A stretch of 64,000 bases of DNA from Trueperaceae bacterium (GTDB lineage Bacteria > Deinococcota > Deinococci > Deinococcales > Trueperaceae): NCBI GenBank assembly GCA_965215565.1, contig CBDCDZ010000004.1, forward strand, positions 1,120,001 through 1,184,000. The letters run 5' to 3'. Below the pieces are notes generated by a model. It saw only the letters and a program-made list of their open reading frames with translations, searched no databases and was not told the DNA's origin. This document shows, in pieces, positions 34,993 to 44,584 of this stretch. Within the stretch, counting starts at the first letter, position 1, and every line of letters starts with the position of its first letter. Both the position numbers and the translations under genes were made by a program.

Positions 34993-36783
34993 TCACGGCG
35001 ATTCTACAAGCGGCAACCGCTCCATTCCGGGCACGGTGACGAGCCCCTTGTCGGTCAGGCGCAACTCGGGGATAACGGAGAGGGGGATAAGGTTAAAGCC
35101 CATGTAGGGCAGCGTGCAGCCCGCCGCCGTCCAAGCCTCTTTGAGCCGCGCCGCCTCCTCCGCCACTACGGAGCCGCGCTTGTCGGACAGGAGTCCGGCG
35201 ATGGGCAGCGCGATAAACGCTTTTACTTCGCCCGCGTCCACCACGGCGACGCCGCCCTGGTGCTCCCGGATGGTGCGCACGGCGAGCTGCATGTCCGCTT
35301 CGCTCACGCCCGCCACGATGAGGTTGTGCGCGTCGTGCCCGACGCTGCTCGCGACTGCGCCGGAAGTTAAACCGAAGTCTTTCAGAAGCCCGTGCGCCAC
35401 CTCTCCCGACTGAGCGTGCCGCTCGACGACCGAGACGAAGCAGAGACTGTGCGCGGCGAGGTGCTCGCCCCAGCTCTCCGCTACCCCCAGCTCGAGCCGC
35501 TCATGAAAGAGCACGATGCCGGGCAGCGCGGCGCGGATCACGTTGAGCGTGCAAGGCGCGCCGGGCAGGTCCGGGGTGAGCTTTAAGTCGGGGGCGAGTT
35601 TGACCGTTTCGTAGGCGGCTTGGGGGTAGGTATAGCGCTTTTCGAGTTGTGCGTCTAGAGCGGGGGTGATCTTTTTATCCTCTACGACGAGTTCGCCGCC
35701 GTACCAGGTATTCTGCACCTCCAAGTCGTCATTTACGAGGACGATGTCAGCGCGCCTCGAGTGACCCATACCGCCCAGTTCCGCCTCGAACCCGTAGCGC
35801 GTCGCGCCGTGCAGCGAGCCCATGCTCCAGGCGACTTCGCGGCGCAGCCCCGCTTTCACCGCCTCTCTCGCCACCCAGTCGAGCCCGAACATGAAGAGGT
35901 CGTCGGCGTCTCTGTCATCGGTGCAGAGGCAGACGCGCTTGGGGGACGCGCCCAACTCGGTAACGGTTTTGATCGCTTCGGGCAAACTGTGCCAAGGCGT
36001 CGTGGGCGGACCGCCGCGCAAAAAGACCCACAAGCCCGCCTCCAAGAGGTCGTCCGCAATTTCCTTGTCAATCGCTTCATGCGTGTCAGTCACGCCGCTC
36101 GCCGCGAACGCCGCGACGAACTCACGACCGTAAACGTGCCCGCAGACCGGACGCCCGCGCCTGAGCGCCTCCGCGATGATGGCGTGGCTCCGAGGGTCAC
36201 CGCTCGCCACCTGCACGAAGTCCATCTTCTCACCTAGCGCCACCGCCTCGGGGTAGGCGTCAAAGAGCGCGCCGACCTTCTCGGGCGTGAGGTTGCCGCC
36301 CGCCGTTTCGAACTCGGGCGTCGTCGCAGGAACGGTGCTCGGCACGGTCAAGAAGATGTTGAGGGGTGCCTCGCGCGCGTCTTGGAGCATCCATTCGACG
36401 CCCTGCACGTCGCACACGTTGCCGATCTCATGGCTGTCACAAAAAATAGTCGTGGTGCCGTTTAGGAGCGCGGCTTCGGCGTAGGCGCACGCGCTCATCA
36501 TGCTCGACTCGATATGGATGTGCGGATCGACTAGACCGGGCGCGAGGATGCCCCCTCGCGCGTCGTACAGGGCTGCGCCCGAGCCGGTATAGCTCCCCGC
36601 TGGCTTCACGGCGGCGATGCGCCCTTTAGAGAGCCACACCTCTCTAGCTTCCAACAACCGCTCGGTGTACGCCGAGAGGATGCGGGCGTCGCGAATCACC
36701 GTGTCGGGCGCGGCGCGCCCTGCGGCGACGGCGGCGAGTTCGCGGGTCACTTCGAACAGCGGGGGGACGGAAAAGCGGTTCAT
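34993..36783 (-). CDS. ade: Adenine deaminase family amidohydrolase
   Basis: [21 protein letters not shown] and HDAHNL. Confidence 0.82.
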   Translation of the reverse strand: MNRFSVPPLFEVTRELAAVAAGRAAPDTVIRDARILSAYTERLLEAREVWLSKGRIAAVKPAGSYTGSGAALYDARGGILAPGLVDPHIHIESSMMSACAYAEAALLNGTTTIFCDSHEIGNVCDVQGVEWMLQDAREAPLNIFLTVPSTVPATTPEFETAGGNLTPEKVGALFDAYPEAVALGEKMDFVQVASGDPRSHAIIAEALRRGRPVCGHVYGREFVAAFAASGVTDTHEAIDKEIADDLLEAGLWVFLRGGPPTTPWHSLPEAIKTVTELGASPKRVCLCTDDRDADDLFMFGLDWVAREAVKAGLRREVAWSMGSLHGATRYGFEAELGGMGHSRRADIVLVNDDLEVQNTWYGGELVVEDKKITPALDAQLEKRYTYPQAAYETVKLAPDLKLTPDLPGAPCTLNVIRAALPGIVLFHERLELGVAESWGEHLAAHSLCFVSVVERHAQSGEVAHGLLKDFGLTSGAVASSVGHDAHNLIVAGVSEADMQLAVRTIREHQGGVAVVDAGEVKAFIALPIAGLLSDKRGSVVAEEAARLKEAWTAAGCTLPYMGFNLIPLSVIPELRLTDKGLVTVPGMERLPLVESP

Positions 36784-36925
36784 GGGCGTCTCCTTTGGGA
36801 AACCAGGGGCGTCACCTCGAGCGCGCAACTCGAGTTCTATGGCGACAGTCTACAAAAATTAGCAGCTTGACGAGGAGAGCGTCACGCTGCTATGTAAGGG
36901 CGCGGTAAACAGGGTAAGCTACCCC

Positions 36926-37216
36926 ATGCGAAGTGGCTACAGCGTCGAACAGGTCTTTTTGAAGCTGCGCGGCGGCCTGATGCGCGTCGAACTCGTCCTC
37001 GTCGCGCCCAGTGGCGCAATTAAGCGCGACACGCTGAGCTTTCCAACCCGCAGTGAGTTCGAAGCCGCGAAGCGCAGCGCACGACATTTAGCCGCCAGAG
37101 GCGATGTGGAGAGCACGAACGGCGCGAGGGTGCGCGTCGAGCGGCGGGGCGAGCTTAGAGACGAAAGGTCATTGAGAAAGCTCTTCGTTGAGACATTCGA
37201 GGATGAACTAGGGTAA
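36926..37216 (+). CDS. Hypothetical protein
   Basis: TAAGCT lies 5 nt before the ATG. Fills an intergenic gap with plausible composition. Confidence 0.55.
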   Translation: MRSGYSVEQVFLKLRGGLMRVELVLVAPSGAIKRDTLSFPTRSEFEAAKRSARHLAARGDVESTNGARVRVERRGELRDERSLRKLFVETFEDELG

Positions 37217-37324
37217 AGCTCGCTGTGCTCTGTTACGTCAAGCAAATTGGTCAGCGCAAGAGCGCGTGTTCTCAGCGAAGTTTAGTTACGAAGCAAGTCG
37301 CCTTAAAGATTATGACGTCGTATT

Positions 37325-37660
37325 TTACTGACCCTCACCCTTTTGCGTCAGCTTCTCGCGGTCCACGAGGCTTACGAGTTGCTGCGCCAGTTCCATGTTC
37401 CCCTGCACCTTGAGCTTGCCACCCATAAACGCCGCCATCCCGTTCAGTTCGCCCTGCACGAGCTTGACCAGGTCTTCCCCACTGATCTTAATCGTCACGT
37501 CGGGGTTGTCCGCCTGCCCGCCATAAACCTCCATTCTACCCCCGTCAACCGCGTGATAGACGGGGTCTTCGGTGTCAAACTGCACGGTAGCTTTGAGGTC
37601 TTTCGCCGCTTCGTTGTCAAAGGCGCGGGGCAGGTTGTAGAGCATCTCTTTGGCGTTCAT
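37325..37660 (-). CDS. SCP2 lipid-binding domain protein
   Basis: GELNGMAAFMGGKLKVQGNMELA. Leaderless TATAAT. Confidence 0.88.
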   Translation of the reverse strand: MNAKEMLYNLPRAFDNEAAKDLKATVQFDTEDPVYHAVDGGRMEVYGGQADNPDVTIKISGEDLVKLVQGELNGMAAFMGGKLKVQGNMELAQQLVSLVDREKLTQKGEGQ

Positions 37661-37788
37661 GGTGGATTATAACGGACGCCTCAGATACATAGTTGTGTGG
37701 GTGCGGCTTTTCAAGAAGCAATGAGCAACGAGCAATGAGTAAAAATCTTTAGACTCATTGCTCGTTGCTTTTAACTCGTTGCTGCCTT

Positions 37789-38505
37789 TTACATCGAAAG
37801 GTACGCTGCCTGCACATCCGGGTCATCTAGGAGTGCCTCGCCGCTTCCCTCTTTTTTGACTTCACCATTTTCTAAAACGTAGGCTTTATTCGCCAGGCGC
37901 AGCGAACCTTTCACGTTCTGCTCGACTAAAACGACGGTCACGCCCTCTTGGTTGATCTGTTTAAGCGCCCGGAAGACGGTTTTTGTCAAAGCGGGAGCCA
38001 GACCCAAGCTCGGCTCGTCTACCAGCAGAAGCTGCGGCTTGCTCATGAGCGCCCGCCCGATGGCGAGCATCTGTCTTTCGCCGCCCGAGAGCGTCCCTGC
38101 GAGTTGACTCTGCCGCTCTGCTAAACGGGGGAAGAGGTCGTAGACGAATCTTCGCGTCGTCGCAGCTTCTTTCTTCGCGTGGGGAAGATAGTCCGCGCCG
38201 CTCTCCAAATTCTCCTTGACCGTCATCTCGCTGAAGAGCTGCCGCCCTTCGGGAACGTGCCCGACGCCGCGCCGCACGATCTTAGCAGCGCTGAGACCAC
38301 CGAGAGGTTCGCCGAACGCCCGCACCTCACCGCTTTTTATAGGAATCAGACCGGACACGACGCGCAAAAGCGTCGTCTTACCTGCGCCGTTTGCGCCGAT
38401 AATCGTCACGAAGTCGCCCTCGTTCACGCTCAGCGACACGTCCCACAGCACCTGAATCTTGCCATACGCTGCGCTCAAGTCCTTCGTCTCTAAAATCACG
38501 CTCAT
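37789..38505 (-). CDS. Liv-type ABC transporter ATPase (LivF-like)
   Basis: GANGAGKT, LSGGERQM and DEPSLGLAP. Confidence 0.92.
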   Translation of the reverse strand: MSVILETKDLSAAYGKIQVLWDVSLSVNEGDFVTIIGANGAGKTTLLRVVSGLIPIKSGEVRAFGEPLGGLSAAKIVRRGVGHVPEGRQLFSEMTVKENLESGADYLPHAKKEAATTRRFVYDLFPRLAERQSQLAGTLSGGERQMLAIGRALMSKPQLLLVDEPSLGLAPALTKTVFRALKQINQEGVTVVLVEQNVKGSLRLANKAYVLENGEVKKEGSGEALLDDPDVQAAYLSM

Positions 38506-39245
38506 AAATCCTCTTCGCCTAAATACGCTGAAATGACCTGTGGATGGCTCGTCACCTCTTGGTAGGTTCCCTCAGCGATTTTCTCACCGTAGTCCATCAC
38601 CACCACCCTGTCCGCGAGGTCGCGCACGACAGGCATAACGTGTTCGATGAAGACAATGGTCACACCTGCGTCTCGCACGGAGAGAATGAGTTCGACAGCT
38701 TCCCTCGCTTCGGCGGGACGCAGACCTGCCATGACCTCATCTAAGAGGAGGACATCAGGCTGGGTGGCTAAGGCTCGAGCAATCTCGAGCCGCTTCTCCT
38801 GCAAAAGCGTCAACTCTTCGGCCGGTGTGTCTTTAACGCGCATGAGCCCGGAGCGCTCCAACGCATCCCTCGTAAGCTCACGCCCTTTCGCCTCACCTAC
38901 GCCCGCCTTACCGAAAAGTGCCCCCACCAGCACGTTCTCCTCCACCGTCATTTCAGGAAACGGTTGCACGACTTGAAAGGCTCGCCCAAGTCCAGCGTGA
39001 CAGCGCGTGGCGGGGTCCGCTTGGGTGATGTCTTGACCTTTTAAGGTGATGCGTCCCTGACTCGGCATGAGCAGCCCCGACATCATGTTCAGCGTCGTGG
39101 TTTTACCAGCGCCGTTCGGTCCGATGATAGCTAAGATTTCACCTTCGGACACCGCCACGTCGAGGTCAGCTACCGCCGCTAAGCCGCCGAAGGTCTTGCC
39201 CAAATTCTGCACCGATAAGACGGATTCCGATTGATTCGCTAACAT
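38502..39245 (-). CDS. Liv-type ABC transporter ATPase (LivG-like); current start lies inside an inserted MITE
   Basis: GPNGAGKT, LLDEVMAG and IEH motifs. Confidence 0.88.
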   Translation of the reverse strand: MLANQSESVLSVQNLGKTFGGLAAVADLDVAVSEGEILAIIGPNGAGKTTTLNMMSGLLMPSQGRITLKGQDITQADPATRCHAGLGRAFQVVQPFPEMTVEENVLVGALFGKAGVGEAKGRELTRDALERSGLMRVKDTPAEELTLLQEKRLEIARALATQPDVLLLDEVMAGLRPAEAREAVELILSVRDAGVTIVFIEHVMPVVRDLADRVVVMDYGEKIAEGTYQEVTSHPQVISAYLGEEDL

Positions 39246-39352
39246 AGCGAATCAATCCGAGCGGATGCGAGAAGGAACAGAGATATGGATGGAGTGGTAT
39301 GAACTATCACCGAACGCCTTTCTCGGTGATAGAGAGTATAACGGAATCCGTA
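39219..39352. mobile_element. 134-bp MITE with ACGGATTCCG terminal inverted repeats and a TTA target duplication
   Basis: TAA|GACGGATTCCG...CGGAATCCGTA|TAA, with internal hairpins. Confidence 0.82.
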
Positions 39353-39360
39353 TAAGACGC

Positions 39361-40362
39361 TCATGCGCGGCTCCCAAAGATGCGTTTAGAGATGGTGTGA
39401 AACAGTCCGACGATACCCCTCGGCATAAAGAGGATGGAGAGAACGAGGACGATACCGTAGCCGATCAGGTAGCCGTCTTCAAAGGTGCGCTTCAAGGTCT
39501 CCTCGAGCCCCGCCAACACGCCCGCGCCCAACACAGGACCGAGCGTCGTGTAGAGTCCGCCGAAAATCGGTGTAACGAGCGCTAAAACCGTCGTTCCAAT
39601 CGCAAAGGTCTGGTCCGGGCTGACCGAGCCGATGCGGTGCGCTTCGACTGCGCCTAAGAGACCGACTAAGAGGCTCGAGAGCGCGAACGCCAAGAGCTTA
39701 TACCGCGCTGGACGCACGCCCATGACCGCCGCCACCTCTTCGTTCGTGCGGATGGCCGTGAAGGCGGGTTTGAGCCTCGAGCTTTGAATCAGTAAGCTAA
39801 CTAAAATCGTCAAGACGAGCAGCCCTGCGTAGACGAAGAAGTAACTCTCGTTGCGGTTGAAAGCGATTTCCCAACGCTCCATCTCACCGGGGACGAACGT
39901 AGGGCGAAAAAGCGCCTCGACGTTGATGCCCGCCGCGCCGCCTGCAATTCTTGTAGGGAGTTGCTGCACCACCGCCCGTAACACTTCGGTAAAGGCGAGC
40001 GTAGCGATAGCGAAGTAAATCCCGCGTAAGCGCAACGTGACCGCGCCGAGCGCGAGGGCGATAAGCGCCGCGACGAGACCGCCGAGCGGCAGCCCCACCC
40101 AGAGCGGCAACTCAGTTAGCTTGACGAGAATCGCGGTTGTATATGCGCCCGCGCCGTAAAACGCCGCGTGCGCCAGCGAGAGTTGTCCGGTACGTCCTAA
40201 AATATCCCACGACAGCGCGAGCACCGCGAGCGTGATGCCGCCCGTCAAGAGCGAGAGGTACGAGACCGAGGCGCGTCCGAAGACCTCTTTGAGTAAGCCG
40301 GGCATGAAAAAGAGGAGCGCAGCGAAAACAGCTAAGGCGATAAGAGGTGTAGCGCGTCTCAT
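39361..40362 (-). CDS. Liv-type ABC permease (LivM-like)
   Basis: TGQLSLAHAAFYGAGAY and LRLRGIYFAIATL. Confidence 0.92.
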   Translation of the reverse strand: MRRATPLIALAVFAALLFFMPGLLKEVFGRASVSYLSLLTGGITLAVLALSWDILGRTGQLSLAHAAFYGAGAYTTAILVKLTELPLWVGLPLGGLVAALIALALGAVTLRLRGIYFAIATLAFTEVLRAVVQQLPTRIAGGAAGINVEALFRPTFVPGEMERWEIAFNRNESYFFVYAGLLVLTILVSLLIQSSRLKPAFTAIRTNEEVAAVMGVRPARYKLLAFALSSLLVGLLGAVEAHRIGSVSPDQTFAIGTTVLALVTPIFGGLYTTLGPVLGAGVLAGLEETLKRTFEDGYLIGYGIVLVLSILFMPRGIVGLFHTISKRIFGSRA

Positions 40363-41225
40363 GCGTGCTCCCGCTGCCTGACAATCAACACGACGAAGAT
40401 GATGGCGAAAAAGACCGCGTTTCTGAGCGCGTCACCGTTCGGGACGAGCGTTGCCACGAGCGACTCGGAGAGGGCGACGGCTAGAGACGCCCACAAGATG
40501 CCGCGGATATTGCCGAGCCCTGCCAAGACGACGATAGCGAACGCTTTAAGCGTGTACGCGAAACCGACGGTGGGCGTGGGCGACTGGATGACTGCGATCA
40601 TCACGCCGCCCAAGCCAGCTAAAGCGGCGGAGAGGGCGAAGGCGACGAGGTAGATGCGGTTCACCTCGAGCCCCACCAAACTCGCCCCGACGCGGTTTTG
40701 CGCCACCGCTCGCATCGCTTTACCCAAAGAGGTTTTGAGCAGCGTGAAGTAGAGCGCTCCCACCAGAACGACGGAGATGAGGAACGAAAAGAGCGGCACT
40801 GCGCCGACGCTCACCCCGCCGATTTGAAACCCTAATGCCCGGTACGGCACGTTGGCAATCGACACCGGGTCGCCGCCCCAGATGAGGAGCGCCGCGTTTT
40901 GCAAGATGATACCGACGCCAAAGGTCAGGAGCATCTGGTTGAGTTCGGGCGCTTTGAGCACGTACTGAATACTGCCTAAGTAGATGGCTGCGCCGATGAG
41001 AAAGAGGATGGGCGCGACAAAGAGGAGCGACACCACCGGATCGAAGCCGAAAGAGATAAAAAACTGGTACGCCAGAAACGCACCCACCATAAAAAACTCA
41101 CCGTGCGCGAAGTTGACGATGCCGACGACGCCAATTGCCAGCGCCAGCCCCACCGAGACGAGCGCGTAGAGCCCCGAGGCGAGGATGCCCGAGACGATGC
41201 CCTGTAATAAAAGAGAGAAGTCCAT
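40359..41225 (-). CDS. Liv-type ABC permease (LivH-like)
   Basis: GIVNFAHGEF and GKAMRAVAQN. Confidence 0.92.
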   Translation of the reverse strand: MDFSLLLQGIVSGILASGLYALVSVGLALAIGVVGIVNFAHGEFFMVGAFLAYQFFISFGFDPVVSLLFVAPILFLIGAAIYLGSIQYVLKAPELNQMLLTFGVGIILQNAALLIWGGDPVSIANVPYRALGFQIGGVSVGAVPLFSFLISVVLVGALYFTLLKTSLGKAMRAVAQNRVGASLVGLEVNRIYLVAFALSAALAGLGGVMIAVIQSPTPTVGFAYTLKAFAIVVLAGLGNIRGILWASLAVALSESLVATLVPNGDALRNAVFFAIIFVVLIVRQREHA

Positions 41226-41238
41226 GAATAGATGCGGG

Positions 41239-41267
41239 GTAGGGGCGGGTTTCACACCCGCCCTTAC
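41239..41267. repeat. GTAG-type REP-like hairpin
   Basis: GTAGGGGCGGGT-TTCAC-ACCCGCCCTTAC. Confidence 0.7.
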
Positions 41268-41285
41268 ATGACGCCCCCGAAATCC

Positions 41286-42479
41286 TTACTGGCAGGACTC
41301 GAGCGGAGCCGTCGCCCGCTCTACTGGATAGACGATTTCCCGCACGCCATTCTGGTACTGGAAGACAAGCCACATGCTCTCATCGAAACCTTGATGCGGC
41401 GTGATTTCAGACTGCGTAAAGGACCATTCGCCCATCGGGGAGTTAAAGGTCAGGCTCTCCATCGCTTCGGTGACGGCGGCTTGGTCCGTCGTGCCCGCCT
41501 CGTTAATGGCGTCGGCGAAAGACCAGAGCTGCGCGTAAGCCAAAGCCGCCATATAGTTGTCCGGCTCGCCGCCGTGCATTTCCCTATACGCCTCGGTGAA
41601 CGCTTGCGCTTCGGGTGTGGGCAAATTCGGCAAGAAGCCAATTAAACCTGTGACGCACGCCGCTTCGGGTGCACCGGCGAACTGCGCGGGCCATCCTGGA
41701 GGAGCCCCGAAGATATGGCTCGGGCTCGCGTTCAGCTCACGAAGCTGCGAGATAATGGGCACCACGTCCGAGTCGTAACCGATCCAGTAGATCATGTCGG
41801 GATTCGCCGCTACCGCTTTCGAAATCGCTGCGCGAAAGTCTCCCGTGCCGCCAAAGAGGGTGGATTTGAACGCTTCGCGGAGCGGCACGTCGATGCCCTG
41901 CTCTTCAATGAGCGCCTCTGCGCCCGCCGCGCCGGGACCGCCAAAGGCGGAGTCTTCGTGCAATAGGGCGACGTTCTCAACGTTTGTCTCACCGATGAAG
42001 CCCGTCGCCGCCTCAACGTTGTGATAGTCCCAGGGGTGGACGTGGAAGAACCAAGGCTCTTCGCCTAAAAGCTCCTCGATGCCGTCGAAGCCCTCAATCC
42101 CGACGCCCGAGACTGCGCCGCCGATCCAGGACACGAGCGGCTGAAAGGTGCGCATGGATTCGACTAAGGCGAGAGTTGCGCCGCTCGAGTACCCCCCGCC
42201 CACAAACGCCACCCCGTCTTCCACCATCAACTTCTCAAACGCCGCTTGCGCCACGGCGGGGTCCGCCTGGGTGTCTTCGATGATGATCTCTAGCGGCTCG
42301 CCGAGCACGCCCCCGGCGGCGTTGATCTCTTCTAGCGCGAGTTCGAAGCCCGCGCGTTGCGCTTGCCCTGTACCCGCAGCCGCGCCCGTGAGCGGGCTTA
42401 AAATGCCGATTTGGACGCTTTGCGCGTACGCGAGCGTCAGCGCGAGTATGGCGAGGAGGATACACAACTTTTTCTTCAT
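41286..42479 (-). CDS. Liv-type ABC substrate-binding protein
   Basis: Signal peptide, IGILSPLTG and EEINAAGGVLG. Confidence 0.92.
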   Translation of the reverse strand: MKKKLCILLAILALTLAYAQSVQIGILSPLTGAAAGTGQAQRAGFELALEEINAAGGVLGEPLEIIIEDTQADPAVAQAAFEKLMVEDGVAFVGGGYSSGATLALVESMRTFQPLVSWIGGAVSGVGIEGFDGIEELLGEEPWFFHVHPWDYHNVEAATGFIGETNVENVALLHEDSAFGGPGAAGAEALIEEQGIDVPLREAFKSTLFGGTGDFRAAISKAVAANPDMIYWIGYDSDVVPIISQLRELNASPSHIFGAPPGWPAQFAGAPEAACVTGLIGFLPNLPTPEAQAFTEAYREMHGGEPDNYMAALAYAQLWSFADAINEAGTTDQAAVTEAMESLTFNSPMGEWSFTQSEITPHQGFDESMWLVFQYQNGVREIVYPVERATAPLESCQ

Positions 42480-42493
42480 AACGACTCCTTAGA

Positions 42494-42660
42494 TAGCAGG
42501 TCTCAGCCGTGAGGCTAGCGGGATTTTATCTGGTCACTGACGCTCTCAGTTGTTGGAACATCCTCGAGCGCGCACGTTCAGAGATAAAGTTCCGTTAGCT
42601 CTGCGAGCTGAAATCTACGTGATTCAAGCTCACTAAGCTTGAAAAGTGACTTAGCGGTTA
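42494..42660. mobile_element. TAGCAG-family element, copy C (right end unclear)
   Basis: TAGCAGGTCTCAGCCGT..GGCTAGCGG..ATCTGGTC matches the reverse complement of 46860-46900. Confidence 0.6.
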
Positions 42661-42726
42661 GCTTTCTCTTTCAACTCAGTCCTTTTCTCTTTAACCTTTC
42701 ATCTTTCTCCTTTCCTCTTTAACCTT

Positions 42727-43527
42727 TCATGTCGCTCCTTTCAAAAACTCCGCCAAGAGATGGTTGAACCGCTCGGGGTCCTCGATCTGGGGCGAATGCC
42801 CGATGTGCTCCCACAGCTCGAGCCTCACCCCTTCAGACACGCCCACGAACGCCGCCGCCGTCGCCCGCGCCATCTCCTCCGACACGAGGTAGTCCTGTTC
42901 GCCGCGAATGACGAGCACAGGACACGTGACCGCTTTAAGGGCGCTCGTCACGTTGTAGTGCCCTAACGCCCGCGCGTTGCCGCTAAAGGCGTCGGGGCTC
43001 ATTTTGAGGGCGTCTTCGACGATGTCGCCGAAGTAGGAGGGCTTGCCTGTGGGCATCGTCGGCTCCAGGGCGCTCGCCATGAGTCCGGGGTTGTCCTTGA
43101 GCATCTCTAAACCCATGTAGCGCTCTTCAGGTGTGACCAGCCCGCTCGGCCCGGCGGCGGCGATGAGGACCAGAGCGCTTAGCGTGTCGGGCTGGCGAGC
43201 GGCGTAGACCTGCGCGACGCCGCCGCCTAGCGAGTGACCCATGAGGGCGAAAGTGGAGAGGTCCAGCGCTTTTACAAATTCGCCCAGCACATCAGCGTAC
43301 GCCCCGATACTGATGCCTCCCTCCAGAGGGTCCGAGTCGCCGAAGTTCGGCAAGTCGAGCGCCAGGACGCGCAGGCCCTCGGGCGGCGCTTTAAGTTGCT
43401 CGGTGAACCAGCGCTTGCTCGCGAAGTTGCCGTGAACGCAGACCAGAGGGCGTCCGGTGCCCGCTTCCTGATAGACAACCTCTACACCGCTAAGGTTGAC
43501 GCGCTGCGTACGAACGTCGGCGATCAC
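42727..43527 (-). CDS. Alpha/beta hydrolase
   Basis: HGN, GHSLGG and GHSPQIE. Confidence 0.9.
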   Translation of the reverse strand: MIADVRTQRVNLSGVEVVYQEAGTGRPLVCVHGNFASKRWFTEQLKAPPEGLRVLALDLPNFGDSDPLEGGISIGAYADVLGEFVKALDLSTFALMGHSLGGGVAQVYAARQPDTLSALVLIAAAGPSGLVTPEERYMGLEMLKDNPGLMASALEPTMPTGKPSYFGDIVEDALKMSPDAFSGNARALGHYNVTSALKAVTCPVLVIRGEQDYLVSEEMARATAAAFVGVSEGVRLELWEHIGHSPQIEDPERFNHLLAEFLKGAT

Positions 43528-44339
43528 GATTCCAATACCGCGTCAGGCTGAGCGATAAAATTGCGTAAGAGGTCCGCCATCTCTTCCGGACGTTCAATCG
43601 GCGCGGCGTGTCCCGCTTTTTTTAGTACGGTGAGCTTGCCCCGCTGCGCCGCCGCTACGGTCTCCTCGCTGTAGCGCTTCGGCGTTAAGATGTCCTCTTC
43701 GCCGACGATGGCTAAGAGAGGTCCTTCATAACAACTGACCTCTTCCAGCGAACTCTCGAAACTCGCCAAACCGTCGATCAGATAGCCGATCACCGCCGCG
43801 TCCGCTTGCGCCGCCTTGTCTCGGTACGAGGTGATTTCATCCGCGTGCTGATTCATAAAGGTGTGTCCCCAGACCCAGGGCGTCGCCACGTCGAAGCGCA
43901 AGCCGGAGCCGCCCGCCTCGGTTGCCGCTCTCCAGCCGCGCAAGATGCTCCGCATGACAGCGTCCATCCGGCCAAACGAATCGACGACGGTGAGGGTTTT
44001 GACCCGCGCCGTGCCCAACGCCGCCGCCGCGAGCGAGGCGACGATGCCGCCGTTGCTCAGCCCGACGAGGTGGACCTCTTCAAGTTCCAACGCTTCTAAG
44101 AGCCCCAACAAGTCCTCTTTATGTTGCTGCGGCGTGTAAGGTCCCTCCGGTTTGTCCGATTCACCTTGCCCTCGGCAGTCGTAGCGCACCGTATGGTAGG
44201 CGTCCTCTAAGAGGTGTGCCGCGTCACGCCACGCGGTGGTGTCCATCGTGAGACCGTTGATGAAGACGAGGGTTTCGCCGCCCTCTTCACCACCACGCTT
44301 GTAGTGGAGGTCAACCTCATTTACGCGAGCTGTAGGCAT
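43524..44339 (-). CDS. Alpha/beta hydrolase (enol-lactonase-like)
   Basis: YDCRGQGES, GLSNGG and GHAAPIE. Confidence 0.9.
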   Translation of the reverse strand: MPTARVNEVDLHYKRGGEEGGETLVFINGLTMDTTAWRDAAHLLEDAYHTVRYDCRGQGESDKPEGPYTPQQHKEDLLGLLEALELEEVHLVGLSNGGIVASLAAAALGTARVKTLTVVDSFGRMDAVMRSILRGWRAATEAGGSGLRFDVATPWVWGHTFMNQHADEITSYRDKAAQADAAVIGYLIDGLASFESSLEEVSCYEGPLLAIVGEEDILTPKRYSEETVAAAQRGKLTVLKKAGHAAPIERPEEMADLLRNFIAQPDAVLES

Positions 44340-44584
44340 AAAGTCCTTTCGCTTCCAAAAAGTTCATTTTGAAACCAACGTAGAAAAAAGCCGTAGTAGC
44401 CAATGATGATGAGCAGGTAGAGGGCGACGATGAGGCGTACGAGAAGCGCTTTTCCGCCGCTCACTCGCTGGCGGTTGATGCGTGGCCTTACAAAGAAGAG
44501 CCCGTAGACGAGCCCTAGACCGAGCGCAATTCTCACGAACAGCGCGTACGTAAGTTCGTTCTCGCTCACCTCGAGGACTCCCAA
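44321..44584 (-). CDS. Small membrane protein
   Basis: Two hydrophobic segments, and it fills the gap within the operon. Confidence 0.55.
   Translation of the reverse strand: MGVLEVSENELTYALFVRIALGLGLVYGLFFVRPRINRQRVSGGKALLVRLIVALYLLIIIGYYGFFLRWFQNELFGSERTLCLQLA

Noticed and set aside
36784..36925. Purine riboswitch upstream of adenine deaminase
   Set aside because: No recognisable aptamer core in the short intergenic region.
39265..39585. 106-aa plus-strand ORF
   Set aside because: It starts inside the MITE and is antisense to livM.
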